Notes under the pieces: generated by a model
What the model was told of the DNA's origin: nothing
Seen by the model: the letters and a program-made list of their open reading frames with translations, nothing else
The model's database searches: none
Program-made: the position numbers and the translations under genes
NCBI GenBank assembly: GCA_038496445.1
Contig: JALMLS010000561.1
Location: 1-64,000 of the forward strand
Origin: Trichosphaerium sp. ATCC 40318
Taxonomy: Eukaryota > Protista > Tubulinea
Reading direction: 5' to 3'
Length of the DNA: 64,000 nt
Shown here: in pieces, positions 13,201 to 26,158 of the stretch
How the letters are laid out: each line of letters opens with the position of its first letter
Position numbering within the stretch: the first letter of the stretch is position 1

Positions 13201-15043
13201 CAACCGCCACCTACACCAGTTGCTACCGATGCACCTACAGATGCGCCAACTACAGACGCTCCAACAGATGCACCTACAGAGGCTCCTACAGCAGCTACAG
13301 ACGCGCCTACAGACGCTCCAACAGCGGCTACAGATGCACCTACAGATGCGCCAACTACAGACGCTCCAACAGATGCACCTACAGACACTCCAACAGACGC
13401 TCCTACAGAGGCTCCTACAGCAGCTACAAATGCGCCTACAGACGCTCCAACAGCGGCTACAGATGCACCTACAGTCGCACCTACAGCGATTCCAACAGCA
13501 GCTACAGATGCACCTACAGACGCACCAGTTGCATCTCAAGCTTGTCCTTTGAGTCCAGAGAATTGTCCTACCGGTTGTAACCAAGTCTGTCCACAGTGCT
13601 TTGTTAGTTGCCAATGTGGTAACTGTAATTTCGGTGATGCAGGGTGTATGGTAATACCAGCCCTAGAAATGGTATTGGGTACGTAAAACTCAAAACAGGA
13701 ATTGTCAAACTGTATATTCAACGAAGTTATCTTTTTTTCTGATCCTTTTTTGTAAAGATGTTCAAGTTCCACCATCTGGATGCCTCGTATTGGAATTAGG
13801 TGCTATGGTAGCCGGTAGCGTAAGTACAAAAACTACTCTAGTGATTTTACTTTTGAAGAGAGGGTTACCTATAGAGCCCCGCGATTTGTTTTTTTTTACT
13901 TCAACCATTGAGAGCTTTACATCTACGCGATGGACTAGTCCATCTTCCTACACATTTGATTTTCTTTACGTGCTCTACACGCGAGTAGAGGATGTTGCGT
14001 TTTTTTCGGCATAGAGCTTACGAGTTTACTAGATTACTGGTACATCTGGAAACGATTGCGTACTTTTAGGTGTAGGAGCAGCGGTATTTGGTGATATCAA
14101 CTTGGGTGAAGGAAATGATTGTATCCGTACCAACACTGCAAATGTTGATGGCGAAATCAACACAGGTATGAGAAAAAAGAAAGAAAGCCAAAAGAGGCTT
14201 CATTGATATATTATGCTTCTTCGTTTGCTTAATAAGTGTCTTAAGGTTCTGGAGATGATTGTGTCGAACTGGATCAATCACAAGTGCAAGGTATAGATCT
14301 TGGCGATGGAATGAACTGTTTGAATTCCGGCAACTCTGCAGCACAAGATATTTCTACAGGAGATCAAAGTGATTGTGTTTTGCTCAGTCAGGGCGGAACC
14401 TATGAAGATATTGAAACCGGCGCAGGAAACGATATAGTCATTGCTACTACTTCAATCACAACTTTTGCTGTTGATCGTAAGTTCTAAATGTTCATGTGTT
14501 TTTTTTAACAACTCCTTCTTTTTAGTATCTGATGGTGATGACTGTTTTGAATACTCTCTATCATCAGCACGTGGAAGTTTAGACCTTGGTTCAGGAATGG
14601 ATAATGTTATTGTAAACGAAGGTATAGTAGGAGACATCAATGCCGGAACAGGACGTTCTTGTATGAGGATAACTGCTTCTTCAACAACTGATACTATTAC
14701 GGGAAGTTCCGATACAGATAATATCTTTATATCCGAATCAACAGTTCAAGGCCCTGTTAACTTGGGAGCAGGAAACGACTTTTTATTCGTTGAAGGAAGC
14801 GCACAGTTCAGATCTGCTATTGATGGTGGCGCTGATGGCGGTGCTGGAGTAGATAGTCTCATTGTAACCGATGCTTTCGTTTCTTCCATTTCAGGCGGAG
14901 CTGATAATGATTGCTTGTATTCTGAGGATAATTTTAACCCTGCCGGTGGTCTTGTGTCTGTCGATGGATCTGCTGGTAATGATGTATGTTCATCTGATAA
15001 CATGGGAGAATTTACTAGTTGTGAAACTACAGCTACGTTGTAG
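10245..15043 (+). CDS. Gene B: secreted modular surface protein (signal peptide, N-terminal globular region, PPTTL mucin stalk, unknown domain, PTDAPT stalk, Cys-rich motif, RTX-like Ca-binding repeats); multi-exon
   Basis: MLRFGVISFILCLAVTYVSS signal peptide. Exons linked by GT-AG introns (e.g. gtaag at 10588). IDLGDGMNCL, IETGAGNDIV, LDLGSGMDNV, VNLGAGNDFL, GGADNDCL, DGSAGNDVC. Stop at 15041-15043. Confidence 0.85.
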
Positions 15044-15720
15044 AGCAGAAAAGAAATAAACAGTTTTAATTAAAAATAAAAAAAAAATTTCCTTATTTTC
15101 TTTACTCCATACGACATTTACTGACAGGGTAAAAACAAAAATACTTTAACTCAACACGGTGCACCTCTCCATAGTTACAAACTTATCAAAGCTTTTGCAA
15201 CAAAAACTCAGATTTCAGATGAGCAGTACATTTGTCGTTTGGTGTCCATAGAAAACTCACCATTTTATGTGGTATTTTAGCTTCTCGCTTACAACGCCCC
15301 TGAAATGCATACTCATACGTCACACTTGGCTCCTACGCGAGTAAAGGCCGTACAGAGAAAGCACTGGAGCACTCACTGTGTTGCTCTTAAAAGCATTGCT
15401 GTTCAATTGAGCGCCTAACAAACAAAGGGAGTGTACATTCTGAATGAGATATCAAGTGGCTATTTTCAGCGCCATCATTTGCCTGATAAGTCAACCTAGA
15501 TATTCTCCACTCAACAAACGTTGATTATTAGTTGCAAATTGCCGTGTAGGCTGTTAAATTGGTGTCTAGCTTTGCAGCCTTTAGTTTAAATACTGTGCGG
15601 CACATTTAGTGTTTATACAGTGACACTTATCGTAGATTGCGTACGGAGCAACGTGTAAAGCCTTGAAGAGCGTTTAAACCAATGTGTGTACGTAAACAAT
15701 TTAAGACTATCCATTTAGCC

Positions 15721-18700
15721 ATGTTATTAACACCTATGCTCGTTAGAACGTTATTAGAGCGTTTAAACTAATACTGTAGTAGGAACGGCTAATTCTTCCG
15801 ACATGGCTAGTATTTACGCTGTGTATCGTGCTGGATCTCGTTGCGGTGGTTTTCTTTGTTCTAGACGGAGAGTCCGGCGAAATCGCTTTTTTTAAGAAGC
15901 AAGTTCTTCTCTATAACTGGAAGACGTCTAGTATTGAAGTCGCGGTAATAATACATCGATTTTAGTCGTATTAAGCACTTTCATAGGCTGTTGCTATTTT
16001 GCGCGCTGAATACCTGTTTTTTATTTACTTCTTGTGCACAAAATCTATCCTTAAAGCTGTTCTGGTGCGTTGAAACACTCAGTAAAGTGTAAATAATGTT
16101 TTTAGGCTAGTTCTGTTGTGGCGTCTTTGGCAGTGTCTGTTAAACTTTGTATATTTATTGTACGCTTGGATTCGTGCGTTTATAAACTAAAAAAGCACTT
16201 TTAAGACGTTTTAACAAAAAACCAAAAAATTAAAAAAAAACTCGTTCACCACGCTGACGGATGATATTCTTAACTTTTTTTAAGGTGGAAAATAGAGCCA
16301 ATACATCTGCTCTTGCTTATATGCTTTGTGGTTATGTTATTTTTGTTAGTGGTAAGTGTTATCATCACGTTTCTTTCCGAAATTCTTCTCTTTTTTGTAA
16401 ATAAATTCGAACTAGTTTTTGAGAATCACGTGATTCTAATATCCAAGTAAACTTAATTTTTTGCTCCTACTGTTCTTTAAAATTATAATTGTTGTAGTAT
16501 CAATTCCAGAGCTCCGTCTTTTTTCGGGTTTCACGTGATTTTTTGATTTTTATTATTTTTATTATCCAATCTTAACGTTTTGGATAAGTTGTTCAGCCAC
16601 TTCTTATTACAATGGCGAAAAGACGAAACAGAGATTCTAGGCTCTCTTCTACATTTACTTACTCTGATCATTACGGCTCCATTAAACAAAAGTATAAAAA
16701 CCGTAAACCAGATCCAGAAGATTATTCATATGTTCACTCGTAAGTTAATTTTTTGTCCTTGTTTTGTTTGTTAAGTAAACTCATTCTTTCAATTACGTAG
16801 GGTTGACAGGGTAGCATTTTTAGAGTCTTCTGTACGTAGAAATAAGATAATCTTTACAAGCTTGACGAGTTGCAATTATACTTGAGGTTGTTTACTTTTG
16901 CGTTTATTAATTGAATCTACTTAGTATGCCATAAATGGTGGAGTTGCTATAGATCATGAAATACCTCCTGCAATAGATATTGATGACGCACAAAAGCGGC
17001 AAGAAGGATCAATAGAAAGTACAGGTATGTTGATTCTTTTTTGGTATCTCATGTTCATCGTTTCATAGATACCCAACAGTCTCATTCTTCTGGTCAAAGT
17101 GAGAAAAAAGAACCCGTACCTATAGTACAGAAACCAGTGACTGCTCCACTTGTTGTGTACGCCAACCCTTTTGTTTGTTTGGGTATCACCTATTTACAAT
17201 TCATTAGTACACTTCCTTCATCAGGTGTTCGGCGGAAAACTTCTGAAAATACACCATATATTCCTCGCCTCATACCATCAACGCCTAGGCTTATAGCGCT
17301 TATGCTTCAAGAAGGAAAAGGTGTGGTGTTAGAAGACAGAACATATTTTTTTAAGCAGGTAAAATATCAAGCTACTATTACTGACTTACAATTATTAAGT
17401 ATGAACAATGCTTTGTTGGAAGTGAGGCTGTAACGTGGTTAATTGATTTAGTATCTGATACAAGTGTGTTATCAAGGATAGGTGCAAAGTATGTCCTACA
17501 AAAGACAATGGACGAAGGTACGTTGTAATAACCTTTCTGTGAACTTGTTGTTCAATCGCTGTAAGAAACGCTTATCACATATGTTAATTTGTTCATGTAG
17601 GATATTTTACCCATATTCAAGGACATGTAGAGTTTGAAGATAAAGACACAGAGTATTACACATTCGCTGTGCGTAATATTTTTAATAGCATTTGTGTTAA
17701 CTTACCTTAAAGGATTTACACGATTCTGAACTTCCTGTATCTTCCCTACCTTCTAGTATGGCGGATACAAGCCCTCTTCAACACAGACATGGTAAAGGGT
17801 TACCTCCTCTAGTAGTAAAATTGCTTGAAGATATGCGAAATCCACAAACAGGTACAATTATTTTGAATGCTTTAAACTCCATCTCATACGAAATTAAGGT
17901 GTTACAATCAAAGAAAGAAACTTACGACAAGAAAACAATGAACATGTTACTACTTACAGTAAATGTTTTGTTGGTAAGGAAGCTGTTAGTTGGCTTACAG
18001 ATCATACCAAAGTAACGACATATCAAGCGAATACAACATTACAAGTAAGTCTTATGAGAAGAACCATGACCCAAGTCACTAGTGAAGATGTTTGCCTAAC
18101 AAACTTCTTTTTTTAAGGCTGCAATGACTGCTGGACTCTTCTATGATGTTCTTTCTCCTTCTAAATTAACCTTTAAAGATGATTTCGTTATGTATAGGTT
18201 TATGGTGAGTTACTCTAACTAAATAACCTTGTATCAACTTGTTATACCTTAGATTGATGATAGATCATTACCAATACAACAACAGCGACCTCCACTTACA
18301 AGAGTACAGTTTATATCCTTTGTTTAGCACTAACTCGTCTGTTCACTTAGAAAATTGATTACAAATCACTTGTTCAGTTGCTAGGTGAAGTTTATGCAAC
18401 TAAAAAGAGGAAAGAACAGGTCTCACAAGATGTTCCAGAAAGAGCTGATTCTAGACAAGACTTAGCTCGCACAACGTATGTTATACTTTTGTCTGTTAGC
18501 TGCTAGAGGCAGATCCGCATTTTGCCATCTCCTTGCCTCTTTTCTGGTTTAATTTCTACTTTAGTGTTCGTAATAGACTCAAAACACGTGCTGATACAGC
18601 TGCTTTGACTTCCACAGGCGGAAGTGTACGTTATTGTTTTTCTCCAGAGGTTTTTTTCTTGTTTGTTTGCTTGTTTGTTGATTCTTGTGCACAGAAATTA

Positions 18701-19783
18701 TTGGCTTCTTTTATTGCACAAATGCTTGATGACATTGAAACCACTAGAACAAACCTTTATGGCACAAGAGTGCTGTTATTCTCTGGTATGTAATTACGGC
18801 TGATTTTTTCTTCAGTTGTATTCTGAATATTGTGACGTTGCACCGTCTGGTTTGTGCTCATTTTTTGTACAATAGGACAAAGCGCAGTCTCTTGGATGCT
18901 TAAACATAAAGGATTGGTCGAGCGTGAGCACGCTACTATGATGCTACAGCGAATGGTTAACAAAGGTATGTTTTTGATTTAGAACTATCCAACTTCATTT
19001 TGAGGCTTCTTTATTTACTAAAATACTCTAAAATAGGCGTAATAGCAAGTATGGATGGTGAAGATGTGTTTCTTGATAACGAAACAGAATATTTTGTTCC
19101 TGTACAATGCCATGAAGACTGTTTTTCAACAATCCTTTATGCTCATCTTCTTTTTAGGGTGCACCTGTTATGGATGATATCCATCCTGTTGTTGCTCGTA
19201 AACCTCTTCCACCTTCAAGATCAGAATTATATAATACAATATATAATGATATAGTACTATATCAACGTACATCTGATATGGTAGGCGTTCTTGCGAACAA
19301 CATATTCTTTTCTCATTTTTTTCTTTTTAGGGTTCTGAGTTGAAACAATTTTTCCAAGAGATGGCAAATTCTCAAACAGGTATATTTCTTTATTTAAATA
19401 ATGTGTAAACTAATAATGGGTAATAGGAGTGCATATAAAAGACCGATTTGTGCAAGTTAATGCGAGAGTAAGAACATCATACAAGCAAAGTTTTATCGGT
19501 AAGCAAACAAAAAATCGCTTAAAAACAAACACTTTCCTAAATACTCATTAGGTTCTGATGCGTTGTCTTGGTGTTCAAACCATCTCAAAGCCTCCAAAGA
19601 GGATTCTGTACATATTTTTTTAGAATTACACACTGTGTTAATGCGTCGATTTGACATTTTTAGGCATCACTTCTTGCTAAGATGTTGGAAGCACATTTGA
19701 TTGTTTTAATGCATCTATCAAAGGAAGATGATAACAAAGTATTCGATGAAGAGTCACTGTACCATATTCAATGTGTAAAATAG
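15721..19783 (+). CDS. Four-TM (MENTAL/TMD0-like) membrane protein with three (possibly four) tandem DEP domains; multi-exon
   Basis: Spliced N-terminus WLVFTLCIVLDLVAVVFFV..QVLLYNWKTSSIEVAAVAILR..SSVVASLAVSVKLCIF..LLLLICFVVMLFLLVPLLITMAKRR. DEP signatures KCFVGKEAVSWL..FKDDFVMYRF, FSGQSAVSWML..FLDNETEY, SFIGSDALSWC..FDEESLYHI. Start codon inferred. Confidence 0.7.
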
Positions 19784-20082
19784 AATCCTACTTTTAAGGC
19801 GGGTTTAAAACTAAACAAGAAACCATTCTGGAATATATTTTTCTTTTGTAAAGCAAGATGACGGGTTGTAGTTTTCGTAAATCGCACGTGATAATTTGAC
19901 TGCTCCAACAGGCTAAGTACAGTTTTATTGCTTACGGTCGCGAAAAAGGTGAGAATACGTGTGAGGACACAGACTTAGTTGTCAATAGTCACTTGTTGTG
20001 CAAAGATAGTAAACAAGAAAACACTCAAAGAAAGTGTTTATAAATTTTCTTTTCTTAAATATTGTATTCAGGTGCAATTACT

Positions 20083-21480
20083 CTACATAATGGTGGATTT
20101 GTATACATCCGTTTCTTGCAGCATATCATTTATAATATCAAATCCAATAAGACACATTGCTGCAGGTAGTACCCTGTAAAATAACAGTTAAAGATAACCA
20201 TAAGAATATAAAACAAATCAAAAGCAATTGCACAAGTTCTCTTCGACTTGATAGAACTTGCACATGATAGCGTTTTTGTGTTTTATAACATACGACATGC
20301 TTCGAAGAGTAATTCCTCTAAAAAATGGCCGGAGTCCTGCTTCACGGATAACCTTCAAAGAAAGTGTTGTCCTTAACAAAAAAGGGTCAGAATCATTTTG
20401 TATTTTAATTGGTGAATGGCAAGTACACTTACTGACTAATAGTGGCTGGTATGCCTGCTTTAACATTTTCTATAACAGTGCTCCTGTGTATGGCTTGGGC
20501 CATATTAAGAGGATATGCAGATATGAACGCTGTAAGAGAAGCAAGTAAAGACAAAACGCATTTTCCATACAAATCTGGTTTTTGATTATCAACAATGCTT
20601 AATGTATCTTTTGCTGTATCATAGACGCCAAAATATAATGTACGATATACCAATATACTTGGAAGCCTACCAACAACTTTTTGATATGGTGTACCTAATC
20701 AACAAGCGTCAGAAAAAAACAAGAAAAAAAAAACATGACATAAAAATGTTCTTGTTTCCATTCCACCCGAAATAAGCTCATAAAAAAAAATTACGTTCAG
20801 GTAATTACACCATAGTATACATCTAGAGAGATCACTTTGAGGCATTAAAAAGACTCAACAATGCCGAAAAAATAAGCGGAACTTTTTTGTAAAAACAGTC
20901 AAGTCAGATCATTAAAACAAAAGCGCAATACGCTGTGCGCGTATTACTACGCGTAATTAGCGTACGTGGATCTTTTGGGGTTACTTTGTAACTTTGTGTC
21001 CCTGACACAGCGAGAAAAGTCAAAAAAGCAGTTGTAGCACTAGCTACCATATTTGCGGCAACCTACAAATGGTTTAACGGTTGTTTTTCGTTGAACATGT
21101 ATGTTACGCTTACCAAGTCTGTATAATCAAGGAATACCGCGGATTTCATGAGCTGATATCGAATAATGCCCCTAAAACAGAATGCTAATCCTTGCGACCC
21201 AGCGTATGGTATCATCTCTGTAAGAAGCCCTTTATGTAACCCTTTGCACGTATTAGAATGCGTTTTCGCTGTCATTTGTACCGTTTATGCCGTGCTGTTT
21301 AAAATGGTGTTGTACTTTTTCTACGTATAATTTAGACTCATTACTGGAAGACCCATTAGGTATTAACGCTGATAAGACAGTGTGGGATGATACTCCGTGT
21401 GTCAAAGTTTTAGCGCTTGCAGCTACTGCTAATCCCGTAAGCAGGTCAAGTGCTGGACTGGGAGTATAACAGAAGGTCAT
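20083..21480 (-). CDS. Mitochondrial carrier family (SLC25) protein, divergent ADP/ATP-carrier-like; multi-exon
   Basis: GLAVAASAKT, GLHKGLLTEMIPYAGSQGLAFCF, SILVYRTLYFGVYDTAKD, SAYPLN, GLRPFFRG; three-repeat layout. Confidence 0.8.
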
Positions 21481-21556
21481 TATAAGCCATTGAGGTTGAG
21501 AAATGGTCAGAATGATCAAGTGAAGTCAGCACATGTCAAAAGTGAATTTTGCCAAA

Positions 21557-22859
21557 ATGTCGAAGCAGAAGAGCATAAGAATCTATACAGTTGACGCTTT
21601 CACGTCACAAATATTTGCTGGTAACCCTGCAGGTGTTTGTGTCTTAAAAGATGCTATAAAAGAAGAATTAATGTTACAAATCGCTGGGGAGATGAAGTAC
21701 GCGTGCTCGACGCGCATTTATGACTTTACCAGGTAATACTGACAGAAACCAGGCACTCTGAGACTTGTTTTGCTGTGACAGACTTGCAAAACTTGCTAGA
21801 CAATAAACCAGTTGGTTTAAGATGGTTTACTCCAGTCGTTGAAGTAAATTTGTGTGGTCACGGCACATTGGCTACTACAATGGCGCTTATCGAAGAATTT
21901 GAGCTACTAAAGCGTAACGTCACTAATATAAGGTTCGTTCTACTTTTTAAACGGTTTTAACGAACAAACGTTACAAAACGCTCTCACGCCGCGTTACTAG
22001 CGCGTTCGTCATCTCTTCGTTCACTAGGATACTGTAAAACCAGTTAAATATCACTAGATACGCAACACTGAGCGGAGAGCTCATTGTATCGTGGGAAAAA
22101 CCAACAGATGGCAAATTACCATTGCTTGCAATGGACTTTCCTCAAAATCCTGCTGAAGAATTTGCCATTGACGCAAGTACAAAAGAACAATTCGCTAAAT
22201 CTCTTGTACGTATCCAACCATGCAACATACCCTTAAGGTCTATGCTTTATTGTATTTTACTGACCCTTATCAATAGAAGATAACAAGTGATGACATCACT
22301 GCTATTACCTATTCTCCAGGGACTAAAAAACTTATTGTTGAAGTAACTTCAAGTAATATTGTCAAAGCAGTAGATCCTGATCACAACGCATTGACAAGGT
22401 GCATTTTTTATATATACATCTATCTAACTAATGGAGTACTAACACATTTTTAAGTGTACCGTATTCTAAGGATGTGAGAGGTGTATCTGTAGTTACAACA
22501 AAACTTATTGACCTTGATCCAAAATTCGACGGTTGTGATTTCGCTTCTCGGTATTTTACACCTTGGAATGGTATTCCTGAGGATCCAGTAAATGGTATGC
22601 AACATGCGTGGATTTATGGGTTTTTTTATGTCACGTGAGAAACACGTGATAAAAAATTTTAGCGCCTAAACAAAGCCTAGGTTCTTCACATACTGTGCTT
22701 GGACCGTACTTTCAACAGAAACTTGGAAAAAGCGAATTAAAGTCTGGAATTCTTAGTACAAGAAGTGGTGTTATGTATTTATCTGTTAAGGACAATGGAC
22801 GAGTTGTTATATCAGGCAACGCATCAGTTTTCTTGAAAGGATGTATTAATGTTCCATAA
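21557..22859 (+). CDS. phzF: PhzF/PBLD family isomerase; multi-exon
   Basis: VDAFTSQIFAGNPAGVC, HSETCF, LRWFTPVVEVNLCGHGTLA, SRYFTPWNGIPEDPVNGSSH, RVVISG. Start may be 21533 or 21557. Confidence 0.93.
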
Positions 22860-23101
22860 AGAGATATCATGCAACCTTATCTCCATCTCGTGTTTACTTA
22901 GTCTCACTTGACACTTAGAAAGAATTGCATTAGATCATCTAAGAAGAAGAGATGAGACGTTTAAAAAACGAGATTTTGTGTGATTTTCCTGCGCAGGTTT
23001 TTTGCTCAATTTTCCATAAAACAGTTACATAATTGTTTTAATGCATTGTCACGTGTTTTGATTACATAGAGATTATACAGAAAACAAAACCAAGGCAGAT
23101 C

Positions 23102-26000
23102 ATGGACGATACAGCATTAATTATAGTCATTGCATGTTTTGGAGCTTTATTTATTATCATGGTTGTTATTATTGCTGTAATACTCGTACTGAGGTATGTT
23201 TGCTTTGTTACAATCAATATATCCATTAACAATGCTCCTACGCTGATAGTTATCGCAAGTTATCATCGTCAAAGCCAAAAAGGTACGCTTGATTAAAAGA
23301 CATTGTATTAGTTTTTATGAAACACATTGTAATTAAAATAGCACTCAAATAAGGATGGTGTCTTCATCTGTTAGTAACAACGAGTATACACCTTTAACTC
23401 GCATCGGTGAGTGGCATAGAATACAGTTTTTTTTACAATGATTCAAAAAACTTTTGATCAAAAAAAAGAAAAGTCACACGTGTTTTCTTTTTATTACGCT
23501 CACGTATTGATGTCTTTGTATTGTAGAGCCCAGATATCGCAGATTAAGCATAGCAGAAGTTACAAGCAAACAAAAAACCTCAGAAGAGTCAGAAAGCATA
23601 TCAACACCTCCATTTGTGCGTACCACGTGTTTTTTTGAGGCGTTGTTTTAACTTTTCCATTGTGAATTTGTTCACACGACCATTAACGCCAGTGACGCCA
23701 ACAAAATATTTAGGCAGGTACAAGCACAGAAGAGGATGATAATGATGATTTCAGAGCGCCTTCAGGACGTAAAAGAACACTATCGGTATCATATCTCAAA
23801 ATGAGGACAAAGGACTCTTTTTTGGCTCTTGAACCAAGTCAGGCTGGTAAATTCACTCATGCGTATGTAGTGGTTTTTGTATTTTTTTCCGATAAGAAAA
23901 TTCTTAGTTGGTACACACTTTGAATTCTCATTATAACTTTAGAGGAGAGATAGCTCCTGATGAGTTACCAGTACATATATCGAAGACAGATTTGGATTTT
24001 GGTTTAGGTGCTACACAGATGCCTGTAGGTCGCTCAATGAGCGATGTTGTTGTCCTAAGGTATGTTTATTGGATACTAGAAAAGTATGTTGGAATATTTA
24101 TGTGGATAATTAATATAGGCCAAAGCCGTCAATGAAGAAAGATGTTGTTTTCTCTTTTTCTCAACCGAAATCACAAAAGTTTAATTTCACGTTTTCTCCA
24201 AAACGTGGTAAAGTTAAGAAGGTATAGTTTCCTCTTTTATACTTTGGTTGTCTGTTAATATGTGGGGTTTTTTAAGGGGAAGGATACTAGAATCAAAATA
24301 ACACTCACAGTGAACTGTACAACAAAAATAAGAGCTGCAGTTAGAATTAACTTTAGAGATATTGGGTTTGCTATTCTTGATTGTTTCTTACTAAGCGAAC
24401 TTTCTCCTTTTATTGATTATGATGAAATAAAGTTTGACGGACAAAAGAGGTTGCTTGGTGAGGGAGCGTACGCGTTCAAATTTGATTAACGAGCATTCAA
24501 CAAACCCGAGAACCCAAAACTTTTTTATAATTACCTTTCGTATTTTTCTTATACATTCGTAGCTTGGCTAGAGTATACTATGGAGAGGTATGCTGTTTAA
24601 AAAGCGCTCAATATATTCTATTAATAATTCAAATCATTAGTACAGAGGAATGCAAGTTGCAGTAAAGAAGTTCAAGCTTCAGACAATGCCTGAATATGTT
24701 CGTGTTGATTTTGAGAGGGAATTGAACTTACTAAGTTCGATACGACATCAAAATGTTGGCACGTGATATTCACGTGTAAAACAAACTCATTGCTAATTTT
24801 GGTATCTAGTACAATTTGTAGGAGCGTCAGTTATTGAAGGTAAACTAGCAACATTATCAGAACTTGCTCCTCTTGGATCTGTTGCAGACATCATAAAAAC
24901 AAAAAGATTGAGTGTAAACTTGAAGTTAAAATTCGCTTGGGACGCAGCCATGGGTTAGTTTGGAAACCTTCCATATTTTTCTGCTATTTATTGTCTTTCT
25001 TGAAGCAAGGTCTATCCACATGTCCTTTGAAACAACCAACTTGTAGTTCTTTTATATTGTAGGTTGTTTTTAATCTTTTCTTTTTAGGGCTTCATTACTT
25101 GCATAAAGGGAAGATAATGCATAGAGATATCAAAACAGAAAATATGCTCGTTTTTTCAATGGTAAACGACGCTTTAGTTAATGTTAAACTAGCTGACGTA
25201 AGTGTACAAACAAAACTGAATGGTGCTCTTTTTTTTATTTTAACTAAACTTCATAGTTCGGGATGAGTAGAGCTATAAATCCAAAAGCAGATAGACTCAC
25301 TGGGACAACAGGTAATTTTATATTTTCATCATACTATGCAACAAGCGTAGTGGTCACCATCAGGGTGGCTTTTGCATAGTGCAAAAAGAAAACCAAAACG
25401 AGTCTTGTTCATATTCTTCTTTTTCAATATTTTTGGTTTCGCAATGTTACAAGTTAGCTTATACTTTTAAATATAGGAACACCAAATTATATGGCTCCAG
25501 AAGTTATGCTTGATGATAACTATTCGCTAAAGGCAGATATCTACAGGCAAGAGAAAACATAGGACCACTTTTTTTTTTGGCAAATAGTTTTTATTCTTTT
25601 GAGTAACCCTTATTAGCTTTGGTTTGGTCTTATGGGAGCTCTATATGCAAAGACCAGCTTTTGAAAATATCAAAAAACTTATGGACTTGAAAGAACACGT
25701 TGTTTGTGGTACGTCAACCAACGTTTACCTTTACAACTGTAAAAAACCCAACTTGACTTTCGTTTCCTACTTATCACGTGATGAAAAAAAACTTCACTTA
25801 CAAACCACTAAGGTGAGAGAGAAGATATACCAAACGATTGTCCAACTGGACTTAAAAATCTGATACAAAGATGTTGGGCTGGTAAAGCAGAGGAAAGACC
25901 TAATTCTGGTCAACTGGCAAAAAGACTAGCAGTTCTTTACTCAAATGCTCTTCGCAGCAGCGCTCGACGTCTAAGAAATGTGAACTCCTCAATGTTCTAA
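23102..26000 (+). CDS. Membrane-anchored tyrosine-kinase-like (TKL) protein kinase with a TMK-type pre-kinase Ig-like segment; multi-exon
   Basis: N-terminal TM IIVIACFGALFIIMVVIIAVILVL. LDFG..PV..FSPKRG..LTVNCTT. Kinase motifs LLGEGA, VAVKK, HRDIKTEN, DFG, GTPNYMAPE, DIYSFGLVLWEL, CWAGKAEERP. Confidence 0.9.
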
Positions 26001-26158
26001 CACCAGTTCAACAAGATACATCTTTTTTTTTTCAAAACACGTGTTGTAAGCTTGTTACTTATCAAGGTTTGTTTGAGTGTTTTCAGTGAAATGTACAAAA
26101 AAAATAAAGTGTTTAACTTTTACTATCTACAAACATAAATGATTCGTGTCTTTTTGTT

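Noticed and set aside
21557-22859. Phenazine biosynthesis cluster
   Set aside because: A lone PhzF/PBLD homologue is common in eukaryotes, and no other phz genes are nearby.
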